In this document: in pieces, positions 10,024 to 19,156 of the stretch
Layout: each line of letters begins with the position of its first letter
Position numbering within the stretch: position 1 is the stretch's first letter
Origin: a virus
Lineage: Duplodnaviria > Caudoviricetes
Reading direction: 5' to 3' (one strand)
DNA: 64,000 nt
Virus record (IMG/VR): IMGVR_UViG_3300031555_001762
Notes under the pieces: generated by a model
What the model was told of the DNA's origin: nothing
What the model saw: only the letters and a program-made list of their open reading frames with translations
Databases searched by the model: none
Position numbers and translations under genes: made by a program

Positions 10024-10052
10024 TTGCAATCTACGCAAATATGATATAGAAT
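10024..10052 (+). promoter_or_regulatory. Sigma-A-type promoter of the integrase
   Basis: TTGCAA-17 bp-TAGAAT; spacer holds an inverted copy of the attP arm repeat (CTACGCAAA). Confidence 0.6.
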
Positions 10053-10105
10053 AAAGCTGTAGTAAAGATTAAAACTACATAAAATAAAACCAGAGGTGAA
10101 TAAAC

Positions 10106-11302
10106 ATGGGGAAAGATTTAAAGGGAAAGTCGCTAGGCACAGGGTATTCCCAACGCAAAGATAAACGTTATGAAGCTAGGGCAATGGTTAATGGCGTTAA
10201 AATTTGCCTGTATGACATGCATCTCCCAACACTAAAGAAAAGATTCGAAGAAGAGAAGGCTAAGATTCTAAGACAGGAAAAGAACATCAGGCCTAATCTA
10301 ACATTGGGTGAATGGTTTGAAGAATGGTTTTCCTCATATAAAGAACCAAGCTTAAAATCAGAGGTTTCAAAGAAGGCGTATCACAGAAAAGTGTCTAACA
10401 CTTACATAGCTGCAATAGGCGATAAAAAATTAGAAACAATAACCCATATGAACGTACAGAATACAACAAATGACCTTCTTAATAAATTCAAAGCAAGAAC
10501 AATCAGAGAGGCACTTGGAGTTCTAAGAGAATGTCTTGATATTGCGATGATGAATTCTTTAGTCAAAAGCAACCCATGCACAAATATCAATATAATAAAT
10601 GAAAACGAAGCCGTACAAGAACGTAGGGTTTTAAGTTCTCGTGAAATAGAAATGTTCTTAGAGGAAATCCAATATGAGTATTACAATGAAGCGTATCAAA
10701 TTCTACTGTTAACTGGTATGAGAATAGGAGAGTTCTCAGGTCTCCAATGGCAAGATATTAACTTCCAAACAAAGACGATTAAGATACAACGCAGTCTAAG
10801 CACTGGATATGTTGAGGGTAAGAAAATAGAATACCTAACATCTCCCAAGACAAGTAACAGTTATAGAACAATACCATTCTTCGGGAACGTAGGAGAGCTA
10901 TTCAAATCATGGAAGGTCAAACAAGATGAGCACAAAAAGAAACTTGGCAGCAGATGGAGATGCGGAGAAGAACTTGGGGATTTGGTATTCACCACAACGT
11001 TAGGTTCTCCAGTTACAAGATACGCATTGTCTCATAACATAGAAAAGGTATTAAAGAATATCAACGAAAAAGAGAAATACAATGCAGCTATCGAAGGAAG
11101 GGAACCACAATTGGTTGACCACATTTATCCTCACGCATTCAGACACACGTTTGCTACGAGATGCTTTGAAAAGAAATTAGATCCAGTTGTCATACAAAGA
11201 ATTATGGGTCACGCTGATTATTCGGTCACACTTAAATATACTCATATCTTGGAAACAAGATTGAGCGAAGAGATAGCAAAAGCAGAAGACTTCCTATTAT
11301 AA
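10106..11302 (+). CDS. int: Tyrosine integrase with N-terminal arm-binding domain
   Basis: RKDKRYEAR arm-binding segment; TGMRIGE, PKT, HAFRH, MGH, catalytic Y (LKYTH). Confidence 0.95.
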   Translation: MGKDLKGKSLGTGYSQRKDKRYEARAMVNGVKICLYDMHLPTLKKRFEEEKAKILRQEKNIRPNLTLGEWFEEWFSSYKEPSLKSEVSKKAYHRKVSNTYIAAIGDKKLETITHMNVQNTTNDLLNKFKARTIREALGVLRECLDIAMMNSLVKSNPCTNINIINENEAVQERRVLSSREIEMFLEEIQYEYYNEAYQILLLTGMRIGEFSGLQWQDINFQTKTIKIQRSLSTGYVEGKKIEYLTSPKTSNSYRTIPFFGNVGELFKSWKVKQDEHKKKLGSRWRCGEELGDLVFTTTLGSPVTRYALSHNIEKVLKNINEKEKYNAAIEGREPQLVDHIYPHAFRHTFATRCFEKKLDPVVIQRIMGHADYSVTLKYTHILETRLSEEIAKAEDFLL

Positions 11303-11315
11303 GGGAGTCTTTTTT
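11286..11315 (+). terminator. Rho-independent terminator over the integrase stop
   Basis: AAGACTTCCT-ATTATA-AGGGAGTCTT then T run. Confidence 0.75.
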
Positions 11316-11327
11316 CTGTGTATTAAA

Positions 11328-11665
11328 TTTGCGCATTTGCGTAAAACTATGATTTGCGTAAGCAACTGCGCAAATTTATTTTTTGCGTTTTTTTGCGGTT
11401 TCGTAGCGTTTGCGTAAAAGATTTAAAAGATGCTTGATAACGCCTTATAAATAAGGTAATATGTAAAAGGGCTTAACATATGGAGTTCTAAGAGATAACA
11501 ACAAGTAAGTATTTATAAACCCTTGATACACAAGGGATTGGAAGTAACCAAAATTTGCGTAAAATATACGCAACCTTATATCTAGGTTGTATGGTTTTGC
11601 GTCAAATTTGAGTATGAAAATGCGTAAGCAAACAGATTTATTTCCTTCAGATAAGTTTACGCAAG
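11328..11665. other. Putative attP: two clusters of TTTGCGTAA-like arm sites flanking a repeat-free core region (~11420-11550)
   Basis: About 13 copies of TTTGCG(T/C)AA-like 9-mers in both orientations; exact copies at 11336, 11353, 11409, 11554; directly downstream of int. Confidence 0.75.
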
Positions 11666-11717
11666 ATTAAATAAAGCGGCTGGTATTCAGCTATATAATA
11701 TCAACATAATTTTCGTT

Positions 11718-11751
11718 AAAAGGGGTAGCCAATAAAGGTTATCCCTTTTTT
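11718..11751. terminator. Bidirectional terminator between attP and par locus
   Basis: AAAAGGGGTAGCC-AATAAA-GGTTATCCCTTTTTT. Confidence 0.7.
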
Positions 11752-11771
11752 ATATTGCCAATTGCTTTATT

Positions 11772-11881
11772 TATATTGTTTATATTAATTCTATATAATT
11801 TATATAAAACGCTTGCGCATTATAATCATACATTATATAATTACTATAATATTTTATATAATTTATATAGAATATATAAAA
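11772..11881 (+). promoter_or_regulatory. Putative parC centromere: 9-bp TATATWRWW iterons in two blocks flanking the parMR promoter
   Basis: Iterons at 11772, 11781, 11792, 11801 and 11855, 11864, 11873; promoter TTGCGC(11813)-17 bp-TATAAT(11836) between the blocks. Confidence 0.6.
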
Positions 11882-11906
11882 CATACCCAAAGGGGGATAA
11901 AACAAT

Positions 11907-13004
11907 ATGGCTATTTTTATTGGAGGAGAGAGTGCAAATTCATTTATAAAGATGGTGAGTTCTGTATCTAAGCTTGACGTTGCTGGCAATCCTATCGTAG
12001 ATACATATTTGAACACGCTGACAGAGGTAGATAAGTACGACGCATATGATGATGTCTCAGGCAAACTAAGGCCGCAACATTATGAGGTGGATGGCATCTA
12101 TTATCAAGTTGGATTGAAAGCAGAGACATCAGAGCAAGATAACTCATACTTAGATGGCATTGAAAGATACAAGCATCCTAACTTCAGGATTGAAACGTTG
12201 ATAGCTATTTATCGTCAGCTAGAGAAGGGCAATAAATTTGACGAGCCTATATATTATGTAACTGGCGTTCCTATCAAACACTTCAATAAGACAGTAGAGG
12301 ATACAATAAGAGACGTATTGATTGCAAATAATCACACGGTTAATGGCAAGCCAATCAATATCAAAGAGGTTAAAGTTATTAAGCAAGCATTATCATCTTA
12401 TTACAATGACCTGCTTGACAACAATGCGAAACCCAATGCAGATTTCTATCGTTCTATCAAAGATAAAAATCTTCTGTACTTTGATATAGGCTGGGGAACA
12501 AGCGACGTTCAACGAATCGTTGACAGAAAGCCAATGGGAGACAGTCATTTAGATGGCGTTATAACTATTGTAGACAGAATATACAAAGACGCTATAAGCC
12601 TTGGCACTATTGAAAGTGATAAGCTGAAAGCTCTTGGAGTTCCAAAGCTAGGCTTTCACAACGTAATCAAAACTGGAATCCTTAAATGCTCAAGAGATAT
12701 GGAGCTGGATATGAGAAAATCAAGAGAGAAACACGTTGCATCTTTTCTAAACTCAATATCAAGATTAACCAAGAGCGACTTTGAGCTATCTAATATAGAT
12801 ACTATTTACTTCTGCGGTGGCGGAGCAATAGCATTAGAGAACGATATTAAACAACACTTTAAGGAGTTTTTCGGTTATAATGATATACAGATATCAAAGA
12901 AATTTGTATTCGTATCTGGGGCGCAGCAAAGCAATGCTCGTGGGTACTATAAGTTTGCTTTGAAATATTTCCGAAAAGAAGCAGGAGTTGGAGTTGGTAG
13001 TTAA
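11907..13004 (+). CDS. parM: ParM/StbA-family actin-like partition NTPase
   Basis: VTGVP, phosphate-2 FDIGWGTSD, adenosine FCGGGA, C-terminal SNARGYY; variant phosphate-1 GGESANSFIK. Confidence 0.85.
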   Translation: MAIFIGGESANSFIKMVSSVSKLDVAGNPIVDTYLNTLTEVDKYDAYDDVSGKLRPQHYEVDGIYYQVGLKAETSEQDNSYLDGIERYKHPNFRIETLIAIYRQLEKGNKFDEPIYYVTGVPIKHFNKTVEDTIRDVLIANNHTVNGKPINIKEVKVIKQALSSYYNDLLDNNAKPNADFYRSIKDKNLLYFDIGWGTSDVQRIVDRKPMGDSHLDGVITIVDRIYKDAISLGTIESDKLKALGVPKLGFHNVIKTGILKCSRDMELDMRKSREKHVASFLNSISRLTKSDFELSNIDTIYFCGGGAIALENDIKQHFKEFFGYNDIQISKKFVFVSGAQQSNARGYYKFALKYFRKEAGVGVGS

Positions 13005-13324
13005 TGTCTTACAAAGGTTACTCGTTCAACCTTCATAAAGAAGACGATAAGGAATTAATAGATTGGCTCAGCAACAAGAAGGTCACAAAGACAATTAAGA
13101 TTGCACTATACAATCAAATGAAGTCAGAAAGCAATACTATAGCAGGTGACAATTCCATTGAGCTACTATCTGCCATAAAGAAAGTCATTGAAAGCAATAA
13201 CAATATCAGCGATAAACAACCTGAAATTGCAGAGAGTCAAAAAGTAGCACCAAAGCAAAATGAAGATAAGAAGTCTTTGGACGGCGAAGACGCAGAAGAT
13301 TTCGAGAAGATATTCGATATATAA
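13004..13324 (+). CDS. parR: ParR-like ribbon-helix-helix centromere-binding adaptor
   Basis: TAATG-coupled to parM; YSFNL..EDDKELIDWL...TIKIAL, low-complexity linker, acidic/hydrophobic tail (EDFEKIFDI). Confidence 0.7.
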   Translation: MSYKGYSFNLHKEDDKELIDWLSNKKVTKTIKIALYNQMKSESNTIAGDNSIELLSAIKKVIESNNNISDKQPEIAESQKVAPKQNEDKKSLDGEDAEDFEKIFDI

Positions 13325-13331
13325 AAATCGT

Positions 13332-13370
13332 AAAAAAAAGGGAGTAGCTTAATTGCTACTCCCTAATTAT
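13332..13370. terminator. Bidirectional terminator between the convergent arms
   Basis: A8-GGGAGTAGC-TTAATT-GCTACTCCC. Confidence 0.85.
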
Positions 13371-13437
13371 TTGTTATCTGAAATCAAGATAACTAGTTAT
13401 CTGTTTTATCCATTGAAATTCACATTTCAATGGATGA

Positions 13438-13899
13438 TTAAACACCGATTACATATCTCAAAACGTAATTGTTGTTAGAGAATGTAATTCCGCATTGAGA
13501 CTCTGCTGCCTGACTATTTGCATCATCACCAGTGATGCCAGTGTCAGAGATGTGCAAATGCTTAGCACCAAAAGTCTTCATAGTTGCGTTGATAGTCATC
13601 AAGAATGTATGAGCACCACCGTTGTTTAATTCGACCATAACTTTAGGTACGAAGTGACAGCTCCAAGAATGATCTTGTGCGGTTGGCTCAGTGTCACCTT
13701 CGTTCTGTTCGAAATAAGAGAACACAAGAACAATGCCATGCTCCTGCTCACTTACCTTGCCATCAAATGCAACGGCGCTATCACCATTCATGAACTTTGC
13801 GCCTTCCCACAAAATTTTATTGTTACTATTATATTGGTCTACCATACCTAATAGCTCATCTATTTTCTTTCCTGTGTAGGATGATACATATTCGCTCAT
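13438..13899 (-). CDS. Short fibre-tip protein, paralogous to the N- and C-termini of 19157..21190
   Basis: SSYTGKKIDELL start; NKILWEG...GIVLVFS...YVLRYVIGV. Confidence 0.75.
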   Translation of the reverse strand: MSEYVSSYTGKKIDELLGMVDQYNSNNKILWEGAKFMNGDSAVAFDGKVSEQEHGIVLVFSYFEQNEGDTEPTAQDHSWSCHFVPKVMVELNNGGAHTFLMTINATMKTFGAKHLHISDTGITGDDANSQAAESQCGITFSNNNYVLRYVIGV

Positions 13900-13916
13900 A
13901 TTCACCTGCTTTATCT

Positions 13917-15602
13917 TTAAACTGCCATATACGGAACGCCATCTGAATTGTAGATAGTTACGATTCCGTAATGCAAAACAGAACCATCATTTGTCATAAA
14001 GTAATCATCGTTATTATCTTTAAACATCTCACCATCTGACGTTACAAAGTTTACATTGTTATCCATATAGAAATGAATCATACCTCTTTGTGGAACTCCA
14101 TCTTCTGAGTAGATAGTTACATAAGAACAAAGTAAAACCCACTGTGCATACAAATCAATCTCTACGTCTCCAATGTTAAAACTTTCTAAAATACCCAGCC
14201 TCTCAGCTAGTTCAGCACCAGAATCAAAAGACCCATCTTCAGGAACTACAACAATGCTTTCTATTTCAGGGTCAGATCCAGTACCCCAATATCCAGTTGC
14301 TTCATATCTAGTTCTCTTCATATAAGTGTCATCGTTTACACGAGAATAATTGTTAAGTCCTTCTGGAATTGAAGTAGCATATTTATACTCGCTTGTTCTA
14401 ACTATAACGTCTTTTTTATCTGAAGAAACATCTTTGCTCTCACCATCTACATAAGCATATGTAGCATAGTTGCTCTTATAATGAACAGTAAGAACATGCT
14501 CCCTCCACTGCGCGTATAAAGTAACAATTGCGCCATCATCAGAGGATAGATTCATTACTGGCTCACCATCGTTGTATGAATTGCCAGAGCCATTAGGTTC
14601 CGTGTTCCATCCAGTAAACGTATAACCAGTACGAACAAACGCATTAGAAGTTAAGTTCTTAGCGGTATCATAAGTGTGTGTTTGCGAAGATGTTGTACCA
14701 GTGCCACCGTTAGAATCATAATCAATAGTATACGTATTTGCCTTCCAAACGGCATAGAGAACATCGCTACTGCTAAGAGTTATGCTTCCTCCAGAGCTAT
14801 ATGATGAACTAGTTGCACTAGACGAAGTTGACCATCCTAAGAACGTATATCCTGTACGAGTTGGTTCTGTAGAGGATATTGTGAATTTATGCGATGTTGT
14901 AGCGTTATATATGGTTGCTGACTGTTTTGAAGGAGCGCCAGAACCTTTGTTGGCATCATATGATAATTCAATAATTTTCTTCCATATAGCAAACAGTTCA
15001 TCGCCAGCATTCGAAGTATAACTTCCTCCAGCCGCATAATCCACAGATGTATCACTTGCAGAAGTTCCCCACCCTTCAAACGTATATCCGCTTCTAGTAG
15101 GACTTGCACTAGAAAGAGTCAATGTAACTCCATGAGTTTTTGTTTGAGTAGAAGGTACACTGCCAAGACTACCGCCATTTGCGTTATATGTTACAGTATA
15201 AGTTTTTCTTGCTATACCATCTATGCTTCCGCTACCACTACCAGATATGGTTCCATAATATGTTCCAGATAATGTAACAGCCATCTCTTGACTATATGAA
15301 TATGAAAAACTTTTAGCAGAACCCCATGAATCATGGTAAATAGTAGTAGAACCAGTTGCTAATGTAGGAGATGCACCAGTTGAAGCAGATGGGTTGTTTG
15401 TTCCGCTATATTTTTGACCATTAACGGTTACAGACCAATCTCTGTCGTTGCAATTAATACTTCCATATCCATCATTAACCAGCTTAAGAGTCCAGCTAAT
15501 AACAGAGTAGTTTTCCGTATTAGAATAACTGCTTCTGCTCCATGAAAATTGTAAGTCCCAATTTTTATTAATGTCTACGCTAGAACTTCCACTTGTAGCC
15601 AC
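13917..15602 (-). CDS. Virion protein with InlB B-repeats (Listeria-Bacteroides repeats)
   Basis: MATSG..W N-terminal domain typical of siphovirus minor tail proteins; three Y(N/D)xNGG...R.GYTF.GW...LYA.W repeats plus a degenerate fourth. Confidence 0.85.
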   Translation of the reverse strand: MATSGSSSVDINKNWDLQFSWSRSSYSNTENYSVISWTLKLVNDGYGSINCNDRDWSVTVNGQKYSGTNNPSASTGASPTLATGSTTIYHDSWGSAKSFSYSYSQEMAVTLSGTYYGTISGSGSGSIDGIARKTYTVTYNANGGSLGSVPSTQTKTHGVTLTLSSASPTRSGYTFEGWGTSASDTSVDYAAGGSYTSNAGDELFAIWKKIIELSYDANKGSGAPSKQSATIYNATTSHKFTISSTEPTRTGYTFLGWSTSSSATSSSYSSGGSITLSSSDVLYAVWKANTYTIDYDSNGGTGTTSSQTHTYDTAKNLTSNAFVRTGYTFTGWNTEPNGSGNSYNDGEPVMNLSSDDGAIVTLYAQWREHVLTVHYKSNYATYAYVDGESKDVSSDKKDVIVRTSEYKYATSIPEGLNNYSRVNDDTYMKRTRYEATGYWGTGSDPEIESIVVVPEDGSFDSGAELAERLGILESFNIGDVEIDLYAQWVLLCSYVTIYSEDGVPQRGMIHFYMDNNVNFVTSDGEMFKDNNDDYFMTNDGSVLHYGIVTIYNSDGVPYMAV

Positions 15603-15633
15603 AGATACTCACCTCCTTCTTCTATATGTATTT

Positions 15634-15912
15634 TTAATTTATCTGAATGTAAATAGTGTTTCTCTTCAATACATCACCATTTTCAATCTTGCTCCAATAT
15701 GTCTCGGCATCTTCCATACCCCAATGAATACCAAGATTGTGCAAGGCTTCGACCGCACTATTGGCACCAGTACCGCCATTTTCTACTGGTATAATACCAT
15801 TAACAATATCTTCAGCAGAATGAGTGTGACCAATATCTGCTTTCGTAGTTCTTGCAACTTCATCGCAAATTTCATAACCCATAAGAGTTTTCATAATAGG
15901 CATATCCGACAT
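15634..15912 (-). CDS. Short fibre adaptor protein
   Basis: LMGYEICDEVAR, GHTH, IIPVENGGTGA..A..AL.NLG fibre motifs. Confidence 0.7.
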   Translation of the reverse strand: MSDMPIMKTLMGYEICDEVARTTKADIGHTHSAEDIVNGIIPVENGGTGANSAVEALHNLGIHWGMEDAETYWSKIENGDVLKRNTIYIQIN

Positions 15913-16355
15913 TATTCAGCCACCTCCTTGTCAAACACTATATCTGCATTCCCATTGCCATCATCAATTATCTTCATAACGTATCCGTTATCTACAATCA
16001 TTTGTCTTATGTTGTATTCTATTTCAGCTATAGTATCTTCCGCTATAGCGTCTGTATCATCATTAATTCCAACTATATCTTCATATGTTTTCTCGGCGTA
16101 TTCAATACTGTCATTGCCAAACGAACAAAGATCAACCTTTTTATCCTCAATATAAGACAAGGCATCATCTTTGATTGCGGTTACTTGAATAATCGCATCA
16201 GCTCTGATTTCCTCTATGGAGTCCAGCGATTTTTGTTCGATTTGCTTTACATTATCAATAGTGCCAACTCTAATTTCTTCAATGTCATCTCGAATTTCTT
16301 GTTCGATTGTTTGCTCTGTAAGACGCTCAATAGTTTCGACATAGTAGCTTGTCAT
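15912..16355 (-). CDS. Acidic coiled-coil fibre/adaptor protein
   Basis: 11-residue periodic helix; resembles the C-terminal half of 16372..17241; ends DDGNGNADI. Confidence 0.7.
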   Translation of the reverse strand: MTSYYVETIERLTEQTIEQEIRDDIEEIRVGTIDNVKQIEQKSLDSIEEIRADAIIQVTAIKDDALSYIEDKKVDLCSFGNDSIEYAEKTYEDIVGINDDTDAIAEDTIAEIEYNIRQMIVDNGYVMKIIDDGNGNADIVFDKEVAE

Positions 16356-16371
16356 AATCAAACCACCTTTC

Positions 16372-17241
16372 CTATGATTCTATTGGCTGATTTAGCAAAA
16401 TTACGATATCAACATTGCCTTCGCCGTCATCTGTTGGCTGAACAGACAAACCGTTTTTATTCATTGTAGTATTGATGCTATCTTCGATTTGAGCCTGAGT
16501 TGTGTCGGCAATTTCAACAGTTTCATTATATTCAGTCAATGAATCGTTTTTGATTTTATCAAGTTCTGCTATGATATCATTTCCGATGTTGATAAATCCG
16601 CCTGTATAAGTATCATCACCAACTGTTACAGACCCTTCGTTATAAGATGCATCCATTTGGTTATCAACTTCTTCAATGGCGGCATCTGTGGTGTCTGTGA
16701 TATCATCTATCGCATTTTCTTTAGTCGTATTAACGCTATTAATTGACGTATCCTTTGTATCATTAATATCATCTATTGTCTGTTGACGAGTTTCTTTTAC
16801 GACTTCCTCAATCTCTCCTTTGATCATCTCAGCTGTGATACGATCAATGTTTTCAACATAGAGATAATCGCTTGGCTTATGTCTTTTTCTGACGGGAATT
16901 TCATTGTGCAAGATAGTCCTTTGAGAAGATGTATCTTTTGAATCTGTCATATAAACATATACCTGCAAAGGACATGCATCTTGCAGCAAGGTGTTGGGAA
17001 TTTGAACTTTGATTGAAGTATCGTCATTCTTTTCAGAACGAACAACTAATGCTTCTTCTCTTGCCTTATTAGAAAAATGAACTTCTGGCAATGCATAAGA
17101 AGGAGAAGAGGGAAGTTCTGTTTCTGGTAAGTTGCAACTATCTATAGGGATAACAAGACTTTGATCGATATCCCATTGTGTAAGGTTGTTAATTGTATTC
17201 CCATAGGAATCAAAGCATTGTATTTCGTACATATAAGACAC
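16372..17241 (-). CDS. BppU-like baseplate-anchor domain plus coiled coil
   Basis: LTQWDIDQ.L...EVHFSN...IPNTLLQ...IPV.KR.KPSDY; ends DDGEGNVDI. Confidence 0.65.
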   Translation of the reverse strand: MSYMYEIQCFDSYGNTINNLTQWDIDQSLVIPIDSCNLPETELPSSPSYALPEVHFSNKAREEALVVRSEKNDDTSIKVQIPNTLLQDACPLQVYVYMTDSKDTSSQRTILHNEIPVRKRHKPSDYLYVENIDRITAEMIKGEIEEVVKETRQQTIDDINDTKDTSINSVNTTKENAIDDITDTTDAAIEEVDNQMDASYNEGSVTVGDDTYTGGFINIGNDIIAELDKIKNDSLTEYNETVEIADTTQAQIEDSINTTMNKNGLSVQPTDDGEGNVDIVILLNQPIES

Positions 17242-17286
17242 CTCCTAAGTCTTGTTAATTGTATTCAAATTAATAATAGTAAATAT

Positions 17287-17319
17287 AAAAGGCGCGTGCA
17301 TATAAAACACGCGCCTTTT
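17287..17319. terminator. Terminator hairpin
   Basis: AAAAGGCGCGTG-9 nt-CACGCGCCTTTT. Confidence 0.8.
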
Positions 17320-17348
17320 AAAATAACATTTTCAATGTCTATCATATA

Positions 17349-18026
17349 TTAAATAATGCCATAAATAGATTTAATGGATTCATCTGTCTCAACGTTGTAC
17401 TCACCATTTGCCGCGCAGTTACCGCACATAACCATTGTCAAAACGTTGCCGCTTCTATTAGCATTAAGCGATTGAACCCACATATTCGGAGTAGTATTTG
17501 CATATCCACCAAAGCAACGGAATACGCCATCGGTAGGCAAACTAAAGCCTATCATTGGAGTAGAGCTTCCGCTAAGATATACGCAAAATAAAACATAATC
17601 AGACAAGCCGCCAACTGTAATGCTTCCAGTTGCCCATGTACCTTCCCAAAGCAGCTTCCCAATTTTCTTAGATGTAATTACCTCATTAATGCCACCGTCT
17701 TTATCTATGAAGTTCAAAGATTCATTTGTTGCCATCATAGTCAAGCTTATGGAATTTCCGTTTTTATCAAAATCGCGAAGTACAGTTCCGTAATCCGCAG
17801 TATCAGAATTGTTTTTGAATAATTGAGAATAGCCGTTATCATACGGTTTCAAATCAAGTGCGCCAGTAAGCGTACCACCAGTTTTATCAAGTTTAGAATC
17901 TAGTTCGGAATTAAAAGACTCAATATCAGCGCGTGCTTGCTCTAGTTCGGAATTAAAAGACTCTATCTGAGAACGTGCGTACTCATCTGTAATCTCATAG
18001 CCGTTAAGACTTTTTAATTTAGGCAT
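17349..18026 (-). CDS. Tail fibre / receptor-binding protein
   Basis: LNGYEITDEYAR, KLDKTGGTLTGAL, LLWEG...I.SIYGII. Confidence 0.75.
   Translation of the reverse strand: MPKLKSLNGYEITDEYARSQIESFNSELEQARADIESFNSELDSKLDKTGGTLTGALDLKPYDNGYSQLFKNNSDTADYGTVLRDFDKNGNSISLTMMATNESLNFIDKDGGINEVITSKKIGKLLWEGTWATGSITVGGLSDYVLFCVYLSGSSTPMIGFSLPTDGVFRCFGGYANTTPNMWVQSLNANRSGNVLTMVMCGNCAANGEYNVETDESIKSIYGII
17899..17963. repeat. 23-bp exact direct repeat, 42-bp period (14 aa)
   Basis: TCTAGTTCGGAATTAAAAGACTC at 17899 and 17941; IESFNSEL twice. Confidence 0.9.
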
Positions 18027-18128
18027 AAGACATCCTCCTAACTTATTTTAAGTTATCATAAAACAGAAACAAACATCAAAAGATGCTTGAAGTTATATTT
18101 GCAATATTATATTTACTACAATTTAACA

Positions 18129-18614
18129 TTATTTTGTATATTCTAGAATTAAACAACCTCTTGAGATAGTAGCATCAGAACCACACCTTACAAGAAGATC
18201 GCCGTTGTCCTGCATCAGAATGTCTCTAAATCCTGTCGTTCCGCTTGTTGAGGAAAACGGAACTGGAACCATGCGTCCCTTAACATCGTATGTGACACAC
18301 TCAACCCTCACGATGTTTACACTCAAGAGACCGCTGGCAACTGTGACAGACGAACCAGCTGCAACTACACCAATTTCGTATACCTTGCGATATATTGCCG
18401 AACCATCAATCCATGTTTGACCAGTGTTTGTTTCACTAGTTGAGAACCTTGATACTGCTTTTAACTCGGCAATCTCATCTGCGACATCATAAACAGTACC
18501 ATTACCAGATTTATCATTTACAGTAAGCAAACCATTGACATCTAAGCTACCCTCAATATCTCCACCAGTAACAGGGAGAAAGACTTCATTTAAACTAACA
18601 AATTCTGTACTCAT
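18129..18614 (-). CDS. Tail fibre tip protein
   Basis: LPVTGG.I.G.L; STSET.TG.TWIDG..IYRK...LEYTK motif common in phage fibres. Confidence 0.75.
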   Translation of the reverse strand: MSTEFVSLNEVFLPVTGGDIEGSLDVNGLLTVNDKSGNGTVYDVADEIAELKAVSRFSTSETNTGQTWIDGSAIYRKVYEIGVVAAGSSVTVASGLLSVNIVRVECVTYDVKGRMVPVPFSSTSGTTGFRDILMQDNGDLLVRCGSDATISRGCLILEYTK

Positions 18615-18824
18615 TATAAATTCCTCCTTTAAACATTCATATTTCCATACATTGCTTTTCTATGTAAAAAAGCAATCATTATAATAAAATGACTGCTCAG
18701 TGTTTTCTTCTTTATAAGTAGAAAGTTCACACCGCTTGAAATCACAGCTTCAATGTGTAAACCGATACTTCAAGCGGTGCGAATCATTTCATGTTTTATT
18801 TAGTTTTTGTTTTAACTTTACAAA

Positions 18825-19142
18825 CTAGCAATCTTCTGCATCTGCAAACTCAGGACGATTCTTCTTAAGAAGTCCGTAAGCGCACTGCATAGTATCGCCG
18901 TTCATATCCTCAATGCTGTCAGCATAGCTCATATAAACGTACTCGTGTGCAACGTAGGGGAAGGTAGGCTCGCCTTCAATCTTGCCAGCAGCATAATCCT
19001 TCTCATACTGACGAGCTTCCTCATTAAGATAGCTGTGACGCAGAATGGTAATCTGCTGATTTGGTTCAATGCTCACAAGAGCGACCCTATGATATTCTAG
19101 AGGAAGACCATTGGGCATAACGATTTTCTTTTTCAATGCCAT
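18825..19142 (-). CDS. Small tail-fibre-associated protein (possible assembly chaperone)
   Basis: MALKK.I...NG....YHR...Y..LK...PEFADAEDC; directly after the collar gene. Confidence 0.6.
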   Translation of the reverse strand: MALKKKIVMPNGLPLEYHRVALVSIEPNQQITILRHSYLNEEARQYEKDYAAGKIEGEPTFPYVAHEYVYMSYADSIEDMNGDTMQCAYGLLKKNRPEFADAEDC

Positions 19143-19156
19143 ATTATTTACACTCC

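Noticed and set aside
11328-11665. Possible CRISPR array
   Set aside because: Repeats are 9 bp, irregularly spaced and in both orientations; arm sites fit better; no cas genes
11755-12064. Short Tyr/Ile/Asn-rich ORFs
   Set aside because: Translation of the AT-rich iteron/promoter region
15571-16469. 194-aa and 155-aa + strand ORFs
   Set aside because: They overlap well-supported - strand genes and have antisense-like composition
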